From an uncultured bacterium (GTDB lineage: Bacteria; Patescibacteriota; Minisyncoccia; Phycocordibacterales; DATDWN01), in contig CAVSGX010000003.1 of the NCBI GenBank assembly GCA_963727715.1, positions 157 through 64,156 of the forward strand: a stretch of DNA of 64,000 nt, read 5' to 3'. Below the pieces are notes generated by a model. That model was not told the origin of the DNA. It searched no databases and was given only the letters and a program-made list of their open reading frames with translations. Of the stretch, positions 49,401-57,727 are shown in pieces; position 1 is the stretch's first letter; every line of letters begins with the position of its first letter. The translations under genes and the position numbers were made by a program.

Positions 49401-49662
49401 AACAGTCAAAGATAAGCAAGAAGTAGTTTTTGGCGGGATGATTGAAGAGATAAAACCGATTATGACCAAATCCGGAGACAAAATGGCTTTCATCAGGGTG
49501 GCTGACCTCTCCGGTTCAATTGAAACAGTGGCTTTTCCGAAAGTTTTGGCTGAATTTGTCGACATCCTCGCCCCCGAATCCTGCGTGGTCATCAAAGGAA
49601 CACTCTCTCTGCGCAACGGCGAAAAAAGCGTGTTGATGGAAAAGGTCAGGATGATGGAGTAA
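46469..49662 (+). pseudogene. dnaE: DNA polymerase III alpha subunit interrupted by at least 5 frameshifts (assembly errors or a pseudogene)
   Basis: Collinear fragments 46469-47179 (PHP domain), 47049-47636, 47614-47823, an unannotated stretch 47824-47951, 47952-48233, 48196-49662 (fingers, beta-binding, OB). One break reads CGTTTACGACAGC where ERYDSEVD needs CGTTACGAC, an extra T. Confidence 0.8.
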
Positions 49663-49670
49663 AACAAAAA

Positions 49671-49857
49671 CCAATCATATTTTTCCGAGCACGCATAAAG
49701 TCCTGCTGGACTTTTGCTCTCGTTCGGCAATCAAGAAAACAATCTCCTCAATGACGGGGCTCTCGGCAAACTCACTTCGCTCAAACACTGCCTTCACCCT
49801 CTTTCATTTTGTCGTTGTTTTCTAATTACCTCCGCAGTCTCGGAAAAATATGATTGG
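49671..49857. repeat. MITE-like repeat, family A, copy 6
   Basis: TIR CCAATCATATTTTTCCGAG / CTCGGAAAAATATGATTGG; conserved core. Confidence 0.65.
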
Positions 49858-49945
49858 TTTTTTGTTAGTTATATTTCTAGGTTTGTCAAGAAGTGCCGAT
49901 TTAGCAGTTGAAATAAAAATCTGGCTGTGTTAGAATGGCGAAACT

Positions 49946-50191
49946 ATGATAAATGCCGAAGTTGTCAAAAATAACAACGAAAACAATTTGAACTTAATCC
50001 GCCGGTTTACCAAAAAGGTGCAGGGCTCTGGCGTTTTACCGCGCGTGAGAAGTATCCGCTATGCTTCGCGCAAACAGTCCGAGTATGTCAAAAAGAAAAA
50101 AACTCTGAAGGTGCTGAAACGCCGAGCCGAAGTTGATGAACTTATCAAAATGGGCAAAATGGTGGAGTTTACGCGTGGTGGCAAGAAATAA
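49946..50191 (+). CDS. rpsU: 30S ribosomal protein S21
   Basis: NLIRRFTKKVQGSGVLPRVRSIRYASRKQSEYVKKKK matches the S21 pattern (ALRRFKR...GVL.EVR.R..YEKP...RKR). Confidence 0.7.
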   Translation: MINAEVVKNNNENNLNLIRRFTKKVQGSGVLPRVRSIRYASRKQSEYVKKKKTLKVLKRRAEVDELIKMGKMVEFTRGGKK

Positions 50192-50192
50192 A

Positions 50193-50573
50193 ATGAAAGA
50201 AAGTTTTACAATAACAAACACAACAAAAAGCACGCTACCGAGCGTGCCTTTTGCAAAAATAAAAGAGACAGTGCTTGGCAAAAAATATGAGTTGTCTCTG
50301 GTTTTCGTGGGAGACAAAAAATCACAGTCGTTGAACAAATCATATCGTGGTAAAAACAAGCCAACCAACTGTCTGTCTTTTCCCCTCGACAAAAATTCAG
50401 GCGAGATTTTCTTAAATCTGGGGAGAGCTAAAAAGGAGGCGTCATCATTCGGACAAAAATTTGACGACTTTACCACTTTTCTATTTATTCACAGTTGCTT
50501 GCATTTGAAAGGAATGGAACATAGTAGTAGAATGGAGAAAGCAGAAATGAAATTTTTCAAAAAATTTCAATAA
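50193..50573 (+). CDS. ybeY: rRNA maturation endoribonuclease YbeY
   Basis: HSCLHLKGMEH (H...HL.G..H) zinc motif; about 126 aa; follows rpsU. Confidence 0.8.
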   Translation: MKESFTITNTTKSTLPSVPFAKIKETVLGKKYELSLVFVGDKKSQSLNKSYRGKNKPTNCLSFPLDKNSGEIFLNLGRAKKEASSFGQKFDDFTTFLFIHSCLHLKGMEHSSRMEKAEMKFFKKFQ

Positions 50574-50582
50574 GCTTTTTTT

Positions 50583-51761
50583 ATGCGTAACATTGCAGTC
50601 GGCATAGACATCGGCACATACCAAGTCAAAGTGGTAGTGGCCGAACTCATCCAAGAGGGTGAGAAAAAAATTCCGCGCATCATCGGAACAGGTTTTTCCG
50701 AGTCCAAAGGTCTGCGCCACGGCTACATTATAAACGGGGGCGATGTCACTGAGGGTGTTCGTACGGCTATTTCTTTGGCTGAAAAATCTTCCGGTGTCAA
50801 AATCCACAAAGCTTTTTTGGCCATCGGCGGTATCGGACTTTCGGCCATAACAAACACAGCCAGCGTTATGGTCAGCCGAGCCGATCTTGAAGTGACCGAG
50901 CTCGATATGATCAAAGCCTCCGAGCTTTGCGAAGAAAGCATTCCGGCTCCGCTCATTCAAAACCGTCGAGTTTTGCACAGTATCCCCCTTTCTTACAGAG
51001 TTGACGGCAAACCAATCATGTCAAGAACCCCAATCGGCATGAAAGGCGCAAAATTGGAAATCAAAATGCTTTTCATCACCTGCTTTGAGTCACATCTGGC
51101 CGACCTCTTGCAAGCCGTGGAAGATGCCGGTGTGGAAGTGATAGATGTTATGGCTTCGCCTATTGCCGCCAGTTTTGTCACCCTAACCAAATCGCAAAAA
51201 ATGGCCGGCTGTGTTTTGGCCAACATTGGAGCGGAGACAATTTCCATTATTGTTTTTGAGAACAACATTCCTATCTCATTGGAAATTTTCCAAATCGGTT
51301 CTACTGACATAACTAACGACATCGCTTTGGGTTTGAGAATTCCTCTGGAAGAGGCGGAAAATATTAAAATCGGCTCTCTCGGCGGGAATTCCTATTCCAA
51401 GAAAAAATTGGAAGAAATTATTGAAGCTCGCCTGTCCGATATGTTTGAACTCATTGAAAACCATTTGAAAAAAATCAGCCGAAGCGGTCTTTTGCCGGCC
51501 GGCATTTTTATTACAGGTGGCGGGGCCAACATCGGCACCATTGAGGACTTTGCCAAAGTGGCTCTGCGCCTGCCCTCCCGCATTGCTTCCATCAATCTCG
51601 GGGATTCTAAAAGCAGAGTAAAAGATTCAACTTGGGCCGTGGCCTACGGTTTGTGTGTTCTTGGTTTTTCGAACGAAGAAAAAAAAGAACTCGGCGTCAA
51701 AGTTTCTTTAAGTCAAACAAAAGAAAAAATTTTCGGCTGGGTCAAGCAATTTTTGCCCTAG
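50583..51761 (+). CDS. ftsA: Cell division protein FtsA
   Basis: Actin-like fold (VGIDIGTYQVKVVV, FITGGGANIG); directly upstream of ftsZ. Confidence 0.85.
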   Translation: MRNIAVGIDIGTYQVKVVVAELIQEGEKKIPRIIGTGFSESKGLRHGYIINGGDVTEGVRTAISLAEKSSGVKIHKAFLAIGGIGLSAITNTASVMVSRADLEVTELDMIKASELCEESIPAPLIQNRRVLHSIPLSYRVDGKPIMSRTPIGMKGAKLEIKMLFITCFESHLADLLQAVEDAGVEVIDVMASPIAASFVTLTKSQKMAGCVLANIGAETISIIVFENNIPISLEIFQIGSTDITNDIALGLRIPLEEAENIKIGSLGGNSYSKKKLEEIIEARLSDMFELIENHLKKISRSGLLPAGIFITGGGANIGTIEDFAKVALRLPSRIASINLGDSKSRVKDSTWAVAYGLCVLGFSNEEKKELGVKVSLSQTKEKIFGWVKQFLP

Positions 51762-51789
51762 GTTAAAAAACTTTTTTATATTTTGAAAT

Positions 51790-52128
51790 TTAAAAAGCCG
51801 ACCCATATACATAGGGCCGGCTGGGCTTTAGACCTGCAAAATTGTTTTCGCCCGTGCGCATCTTAATGAAGGCCGATATGGCCGTGCGCCGAACTGTCAC
51901 AATATCAATTTTCTTCTCTTCGGCAACTTCCTGCCAAGAGAAACCCCCAAAGAAGTGCATCTCGACAACCATCTTCTCTTCTGGAGACAGAGTAGCCAGT
52001 AAACGCTGGCACATTTCTTGCGAGCAGACTCTCTGCTCTGTACCGTCTTCACCGACAGCCATGGTCTCCAGTTCCTGTGGCGAAACAAGACCCTGGGCAC
52101 CATGATGGCCGATCTTCCATGGCCACAA
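51790..52128 (-). CDS. ECF-sigma-like fragment: sigma-70 region 4 only (region 2 missing or frameshifted)
   Basis: LSPEEKMVVEMHFFGGFSWQEVAEEKKIDIVTVRRTAISAFIKMR is a region-4 HTH; a TAA lies just upstream in frame and only about 30 codons of region-2.4-like sequence (ESSFQT) sit in another frame. Confidence 0.4.
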   Translation of the reverse strand: MWPWKIGHHGAQGLVSPQELETMAVGEDGTEQRVCSQEMCQRLLATLSPEEKMVVEMHFFGGFSWQEVAEEKKIDIVTVRRTAISAFIKMRTGENNFAGLKPSRPYVYGSAF

Positions 52129-52380
52129 ATCGCCACGGGTTTAACAGATGTTTGGTTTGGAACGAGGAATCCTCAGCTCGGATTTCGTCGCTCCGGTTAT
52201 CATCAAAGAACTGCCTTGTTGCTAGCATTAGCCAGTCCCTTTCTTCCGAAAGAAGTAACTTTTCTAACGTTTATTAAAGCAAATTGGCAAGTCTTTGTCA
52301 ATTGTTTTCTTATCCACAGCTTTCTGATATGATAGGGCGACAAAAAGAAGTCAAATTAATCAACTAATAAATTTACAAAC

Positions 52381-53526
52381 ATGCCACAAATCAAACCGGA
52401 AGTAGAAGCTTTCGCTCGCATCAAGGTTCTTGGCGTCGGCGGCTCTGGCAAGAATGCGCTGAATCACATGATAAATTCCAAAATCAAAGGAGTTGATTTT
52501 ATTGCCATCAATACCGACTCACAGGATCTGCACAACTCACTGTCCAAAAAGAAAATCCACATCGGCAAAAACCTGACTCACGGACTTGGCGCCGGTATGA
52601 ATCCGGAACTTGGTAAAAGAGCTATTGAAGAGACTAAGGAAGAAATACAGGAAGCGGTCAAAGGAGCCGATATGATTTTCATTGCCGGCGGTTTGGGAGG
52701 TGGCACTTGCACCGGCGCCGCGCCGATCATTGCTCGCATTTCAAAAGAGATGGGCGCGCTAACTGTGGCCGTAGTGACCAAGCCATTTTTCTTTGAAGGA
52801 TCACAGCGAATGAAAATAGCCGAAGTCGGGCTGGAAGAATTGCGTCAGGCTGTGGACGCCATTATTGTTATTCCAAACGATCGCCTGCTTTCAACTATCA
52901 CCAAAGAGACGACGGCCAAAAGCGCTTTTGCCATTTGTGATGATGTTCTGAAATCGGCCGTTGAAGGTATTTCCGATCTCATCACTACACCGGGTATCAT
53001 TAACATTGATTTTGCCGACATCAAAGCGGTCATGGCTAACGCCGGTGCGGCTTTGATGGGTATTGGCGTGGCCACGGGCGAAAAAAGAGCCGAGGAAGCG
53101 GCCAGAATGGCCATCAGCTCGCCTCTTTTGGAAGTTTCCATAAACGGAGCCAAGGGTGTGCTGTTTTCCATCGCCGGTGGAGACGATTTGGGTATGTTTG
53201 AAATTCAAGACGCGGCCAAGATTATCACCGAGTCGGTTGATCAGAACGCCAAAATCATTTTTGGAGCAGTACGCGATGATAAGCTGAAAAAGGGCGAGGT
53301 CAAAATTACCGTTATAGCTTCAAACTTTCCGGAAAATTTCACCAAGAAAACGCTTTTTCAAGCCGAACAAATCCAGCCCGGGGGTCAAATGAATGAACGC
53401 AAGGATAAAGAAACGGAAGAAAAAGGCAAAATTTTTAATTCAATCCCGACAACCGATGATAAACTGGACAATGATGAGGAGTGGGGCGCCGTGCCGGCAT
53501 TTCTTCGAAGAAGCAAGATAAAATAA
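52381..53526 (+). CDS. ftsZ: Cell division GTPase FtsZ
   Basis: Tubulin signature GGGTGTGAAPIIA; 381 aa. Confidence 0.95.
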   Translation: MPQIKPEVEAFARIKVLGVGGSGKNALNHMINSKIKGVDFIAINTDSQDLHNSLSKKKIHIGKNLTHGLGAGMNPELGKRAIEETKEEIQEAVKGADMIFIAGGLGGGTCTGAAPIIARISKEMGALTVAVVTKPFFFEGSQRMKIAEVGLEELRQAVDAIIVIPNDRLLSTITKETTAKSAFAICDDVLKSAVEGISDLITTPGIINIDFADIKAVMANAGAALMGIGVATGEKRAEEAARMAISSPLLEVSINGAKGVLFSIAGGDDLGMFEIQDAAKIITESVDQNAKIIFGAVRDDKLKKGEVKITVIASNFPENFTKKTLFQAEQIQPGGQMNERKDKETEEKGKIFNSIPTTDDKLDNDEEWGAVPAFLRRSKIK

Positions 53527-53577
53527 AAAAACAAAAGTCACCCGCAAGGGTGATTTTGCAAAGCAAATGTTTTGGGG

Positions 53578-53650
53578 AGCCGGCACGAGGGATCGAACCC
53601 CGGACATTTCGCTTACAAAGCGAATGCTCTGCCAACTGAGCTATGCCGGC
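53578..53650 (-). tRNA. tRNA-Thr (anticodon UGU)
   Basis: Reverse complement folds: acceptor GCCGGCA/TGCCGGC, D-arm GCTC-AGTTGGCA-GAGC, anticodon arm TTCGC-TTTGTAA-GCGAA, T-arm CGGGG-TTCGATC-CCTCG. Confidence 0.8.
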
Positions 53651-53656
53651 AATTAT

Positions 53657-53917
53657 TTAACTAATTTTAATATATCCTTCTTTTATAATTTTTTCAATAT
53701 AATCTTTCCTTTTTAAATGTTTGAGTTTAATTTCTATCCTTCTCGCTTCTTCTAAAGTATCAAACATCTGTGAAAAAACTAAATTCAATTTTCCCATTCT
53801 TTTTGTAGTTTGTGTATGTCCAGAATTATGTTGACTAAATCTCCTCTTTACATCATTAGTGCTTCCTATATAAAATCTATGATTGGAATTCTCCAATATA
53901 TAAACATATCCTTTCAT
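53657..53917 (-). CDS. GIY-YIG nuclease-family protein (YhbQ/UPF0213-like)
   Basis: 86 aa; GYVYILENSNHRFYIGSTNDVKRRFSQH is the GIY-YIG core (GYVYIL..GSTN...R...H). Confidence 0.75.
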   Translation of the reverse strand: MKGYVYILENSNHRFYIGSTNDVKRRFSQHNSGHTQTTKRMGKLNLVFSQMFDTLEEARRIEIKLKHLKRKDYIEKIIKEGYIKIS

Positions 53918-54018
53918 TTTTTTCTACCAAAGCCGACGCTTCGGTCGGCTCTCCGACATCCGACTTCATGTCGGATCGTCGGAGCTGAGCTAAGATGGCG
54001 CGTGGCTAAGGGGGCGAT

Positions 54019-54396
54019 TTAAATTTTGTTATGCGAAGTATCCGGCTTGTCGCTGATGTTTTGCAGAAAAGCCGAGACGGAACCGCCCTCGCGAAGCATC
54101 CTTTTACCGCGAAATTGATTATTGGTGCTGTAATAATACTTGGCCAAATAATCTTTCAGCTTGACTAAAAGTTTGTAAATATAGGATGGCAAAAAATCAA
54201 AGAAAAATATATGGACGATTTTACGTTGGCGATGATAATTGTAGATCATCCGACCGATCCAGATATGAATCTGTTTGTCGGCTTTTGTATAGACTTCAGC
54301 CAAAATGTTTATCCTGCGAACTTTGATTTCCCAAACCTTTGAGGCCAGCATAACAAACAAAACAATCAAAGATACGACAAATAGTATAAATATCAT
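54019..54396 (-). CDS. Hypothetical membrane protein
   Basis: 125 aa; N-terminal TM; Tyr/Lys-rich. Confidence 0.3.
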   Translation of the reverse strand: MIFILFVVSLIVLFVMLASKVWEIKVRRINILAEVYTKADKQIHIWIGRMIYNYHRQRKIVHIFFFDFLPSYIYKLLVKLKDYLAKYYYSTNNQFRGKRMLREGGSVSAFLQNISDKPDTSHNKI

Positions 54397-54416
54397 AAAA
54401 TTTGAGTTAAGAGAAT

Positions 54417-55019
54417 TTAGAGTGAATACCGCACAAAACGCGACAACTCTATTTTCTCACCGAATTTCTGGATGGCAGACTCGATCAGCTGGCGAATAGT
54501 TAATTCTGGGTTTTTAATAAATGCTTGTTCCAATAATACTCGTTCGCTCCAGTAAGCGTCTAGCTTGCCGGCCAAAATCTTGGTTTTGATCTCTTCCGGC
54601 TTGCTTGCCCCTTTGCCGTCGGGGCCTCCCACTTCTTTGGCGAACATTTCCTCGGCCATTTCGGCTGACTTTTTATCAATATCCTCTCTCTTCAAAAATT
54701 GAGGATTAGTGGCCGAAATGTGCATGGCGATATCGTAGGCCAGCTTTTTGAACTCCTCGTTGCCAGCCACGAAGTCCGTCTCACACAACAATTCTACCAT
54801 AGTTCCGACTTTATGGGTATTGTGAATGTAAGCTTCCACCACGCCAGCCCCCAGAGTTCGTCCTTGTTTCTTTTCAGCAAAACCGGCGCTTTTCTTGAGC
54901 AAAACCAAAACAGCCTTTTCCACATCACCACCGGTTTCCTCCAATGCCTTTTTGCATTGCATGACCGAGACGCCTGTTTTATCGCGCAATTGTTTGATTG
55001 TGTCAGTAGTTATCTCCAT
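54417..55019 (-). CDS. tsf: Elongation factor Ts (short form)
   Basis: N-terminal UBA-like ITTDTIKQLRDKTGVSVMQCKKALEETGGDVEKAV; tsf-rpsB gene order. Confidence 0.88.
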   Translation of the reverse strand: MEITTDTIKQLRDKTGVSVMQCKKALEETGGDVEKAVLVLLKKSAGFAEKKQGRTLGAGVVEAYIHNTHKVGTMVELLCETDFVAGNEEFKKLAYDIAMHISATNPQFLKREDIDKKSAEMAEEMFAKEVGGPDGKGASKPEEIKTKILAGKLDAYWSERVLLEQAFIKNPELTIRQLIESAIQKFGEKIELSRFVRYSL

Positions 55020-55031
55020 TTTTTTGAATTT

Positions 55032-55772
55032 TTATTTTATAGCCTCTTTCTTTCCAGCTTCGTAAGCCTCAGCAATTTTTTTCAAAAAGAATTCAATGCT
55101 GGCTTTGGACGAGTCGTTGGCTGGGATCGGGTAATCCACTTCGTCAAAATTGTTGTCTGTGCCACAGATGGCGATAATCGGAATTTTCAAGCGTCTGGCT
55201 TCGCGAGCGGCCGTTATTTCCCTTTTGGCATCTACGATAAAAACAACTTGGGGAGGACGCTTCATTGAAGTGATGCCGGAAAAGAATTTTTTGAGCTTCT
55301 CAATCTCCCGATCAATCAAAAGTCTTTCTTTTTTAGTGTATTTTGCCAACTCACCCTTTTCCTTTTGGTTTTGCAGGTCTTCAAATTTCTCCACTCGTTT
55401 GCGAATTTCCGGAAAATTGGTCAAGGTCCCACCGATAAAACGGCCTGACACAAACGGCTGACCGATGCTTTCGGCCACTTTTGTCACTACCGGTGCGGCT
55501 TCGTTTTTGCCACCGACAAAAAGAATTGTACCATTCTTGCTTGCCAAAGTCTTAACGAAATCCACAGCTTTGGCCAGTTGTTCGCCTGTTTTTTCCAAAT
55601 CAAAAATCTCAATTTTGTTTTTGATGCCAAAAATAAACGACTCGGCCGAAGGATGGCGACGACTTTTGACGAAACCGAACTGGGCTCCGACCGAGGCCAT
55701 CTCTTCAATTTGGGCATCTGTCACATTATTTTGGACGGAATCATTTGTAGTCATATCTCGGAAGTTTAGCAA
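55032..55772 (-). CDS. rpsB: 30S ribosomal protein S2
   Basis: 246 aa; S2 motifs (HFG..KSRRHP, ILFVGGK, PIIAICGTDNN). Confidence 0.9.
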   Translation of the reverse strand: MLNFRDMTTNDSVQNNVTDAQIEEMASVGAQFGFVKSRRHPSAESFIFGIKNKIEIFDLEKTGEQLAKAVDFVKTLASKNGTILFVGGKNEAAPVVTKVAESIGQPFVSGRFIGGTLTNFPEIRKRVEKFEDLQNQKEKGELAKYTKKERLLIDREIEKLKKFFSGITSMKRPPQVVFIVDAKREITAAREARRLKIPIIAICGTDNNFDEVDYPIPANDSSKASIEFFLKKIAEAYEAGKKEAIK

Positions 55773-55843
55773 AAATAGAAATAAAATGCAACAGAAAAAC
55801 CGCCGACCATGGCCGGACAGTTTCCTGCCCGCCGTAGTGGCGG

Positions 55844-57073
55844 TTAATGGCAGTCGGGTTTGACAAATATTGTAGTTGACGATAACCCTTCTGTCACAAC
55901 ATTAAAAGCGTTGGTTCTAGTTTCGAGAATGATGATTTTAACCTTATCACCAATCACCGGCATCTTGAGAGTCGCGCCGGGGCAACCACTGACGTCTAAG
56001 TAGACCAGGTGGTTGAGAGAATGGAATTCACCTGGCCGATGCGCCTGCGCCACATATAATGACACAGTACCATCAACCGGCTCAAAACTTGATGCCATTA
56101 TCCACTCTTCTTCCCCTTCCGTCAATTTGCCATTCCAGTTTTGCATTGCCTCAATAATCGGCTCAATGTTGCCGGCTAGAATTTTCTCAATATTGTGCCA
56201 AGATTGTTTCAAGCGGTGGTCGGTGATGCGGTCTTGTAAAATGTTGTATGTGCGGATTTTCTCCGAGCGGTCAGCCGTGCCGACTTGCTGTTTTCTGTCG
56301 GCTGAGTATTTGGCTGATTCCTCGGCTTCTTTTTTTTCTTCAAGCTTGGCAATCAAAATGCTCATAGCCGCTTCTCGGTTTTTCAGCTGGCTTCGCTGGG
56401 CTGTGGAACGAACATCAATGCCGGTCGGTTTGTGAATAATGCGCACAGCCGTTTCCACTTTGTTGACATTCTGCCCGCCTGCCCCGCCGGAACGAGAAGT
56501 TTCTATTTCCAAATCGTTTGGAGAAATGACAATGGAAGTTTTTTTACGCACCGGAAGGACGGCCACCGTGGCGGTGGAAGTGTGCACCCTGCCGATTTTC
56601 TCAGTGGCCGGCACGCGCTGGACGCGATGCACGCCCGTTTCAAATCGCAATTCTTTGTAAACATCTTTGCCACGAATTTCAAACGAGGCCTCTTTATACC
56701 CGCCCACAGAAGAGAGCGACTCGTCTATTTTGCTGACAGACCAACCGCGATTTGTGGCGTAGTTTGTGTACATTTCAGCAAGCTCGTGGGCAAAAAGCGA
56801 AGCCTCCTCACCACCGGCGCCGGCACGCACTTCCAAAATAATTTCGTTCGGAAACTCTTCCTCTTTTTCTTCTTCGCGAGTGATATTTTCCATCTGTGAC
56901 CACAGGGCGTCTTTTTGCAATTTCAAATCTTCCAATTCGCCCTTGGCCAGCTCGGCCATAGCAGGATCGCCGTCCAGCATTTTTTGCGTTTCAGATTGCT
57001 GAATTTCCATTTTTTTATATTCGCCGGCCAGATAGGCCGTCTTCGGGTTTTGTAAGAATTTTTCTAAATCCAT
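55844..57073 (-). CDS. prfA: Peptide chain release factor 1 with a C-terminal extension of about 65 aa
   Basis: RF1 tripeptide-anticodon PAT ([17 protein letters not shown]) and GGQ ([11 protein letters not shown]). The canonical C-terminus ([10 protein letters not shown]...GEEE) is followed in frame by [14 protein letters not shown]...VKPDCH. Start trimmed to MDLEKFL. Confidence 0.8.
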   Translation of the reverse strand: MDLEKFLQNPKTAYLAGEYKKMEIQQSETQKMLDGDPAMAELAKGELEDLKLQKDALWSQMENITREEEKEEEFPNEIILEVRAGAGGEEASLFAHELAEMYTNYATNRGWSVSKIDESLSSVGGYKEASFEIRGKDVYKELRFETGVHRVQRVPATEKIGRVHTSTATVAVLPVRKKTSIVISPNDLEIETSRSGGAGGQNVNKVETAVRIIHKPTGIDVRSTAQRSQLKNREAAMSILIAKLEEKKEAEESAKYSADRKQQVGTADRSEKIRTYNILQDRITDHRLKQSWHNIEKILAGNIEPIIEAMQNWNGKLTEGEEEWIMASSFEPVDGTVSLYVAQAHRPGEFHSLNHLVYLDVSGCPGATLKMPVIGDKVKIIILETRTNAFNVVTEGLSSTTIFVKPDCH

Positions 57074-57137
57074 AATCAGATAATAGCAGAAAAAATCGCT
57101 TTTGAGAATAAAAAATAGCAACCCTTGCGGGGTCGCT

Positions 57138-57356
57138 TTACTTGCATATTAATTGACGACCCAACTTGTCACCAAGAGCGGTGATTCTAGAATGCAATTG
57201 TTCAAGTTCAGTAGTCAATTTTTCTACTTCTTCCAATCTACCGGCTTTTTGCGCTTCCAATAATTGTCTAGAGAGTTTGAAAGACTCTCCGTGCATAGTG
57301 TTGAATCTATGACATTCGGAACAATGACAAGCCGGACCATGTTTTGTGATGGACAT
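57138..57356 (-). CDS. Small putative zinc-binding protein
   Basis: 72 aa; N-terminal CHCSECH cluster; C-terminal coiled coil. Confidence 0.3.
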   Translation of the reverse strand: MSITKHGPACHCSECHRFNTMHGESFKLSRQLLEAQKAGRLEEVEKLTTELEQLHSRITALGDKLGRQLICK

Positions 57357-57407
57357 ATTTGTGCCTCTAACATTAGACTAGCGCCATTTTTTGAAAAGTC
57401 AATAGGA

Positions 57408-57680
57408 TTATTTTTTCACCACTTTCTTTGTAGCTTTAGCTTGTTTGGCTTTGAACCTCTCAACTCGCCCGGTGGCGTCAAGAATTTTATCGTTGCCGGT
57501 GTAAAAAGGATGCGAAGCGCTGGAAGTTTCAATGTGAAAAACCGGGTATTCTTTGCCATCGGCTTTGGCTTTAGCCGTTTCTTTGGTTGCCACAGTTGAA
57601 GAAATTAAAAATTGCGCGCCATTGGAGTTGTCGATAAATAAAACTTTTCTGTAATCTTTCGGGTGTATATCTTTTTTCAT
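57408..57680 (-). CDS. rpmE: 50S ribosomal protein L31 (type B, non-zinc)
   Basis: MKKDIHPKDYRKV..; ..HPFYTG; no CxxC. Confidence 0.85.
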   Translation of the reverse strand: MKKDIHPKDYRKVLFIDNSNGAQFLISSTVATKETAKAKADGKEYPVFHIETSSASHPFYTGNDKILDATGRVERFKAKQAKATKKVVKK

Positions 57681-57727
57681 TGTCCGGTTATCCTATCAAA
57701 TTGTCTTGATTTTGGCAAATTTCATAA

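Noticed and set aside
53920-54010. Possible tRNA in the GC-rich hairpins upstream of the GIY-YIG gene
   Set aside because: Reverse complement begins GCGCCATCTTAGCTCAGC (D-loop-like), but the anticodon stem-loop would have a 5-nt loop and no T-arm. It fails a manual cloverleaf fold
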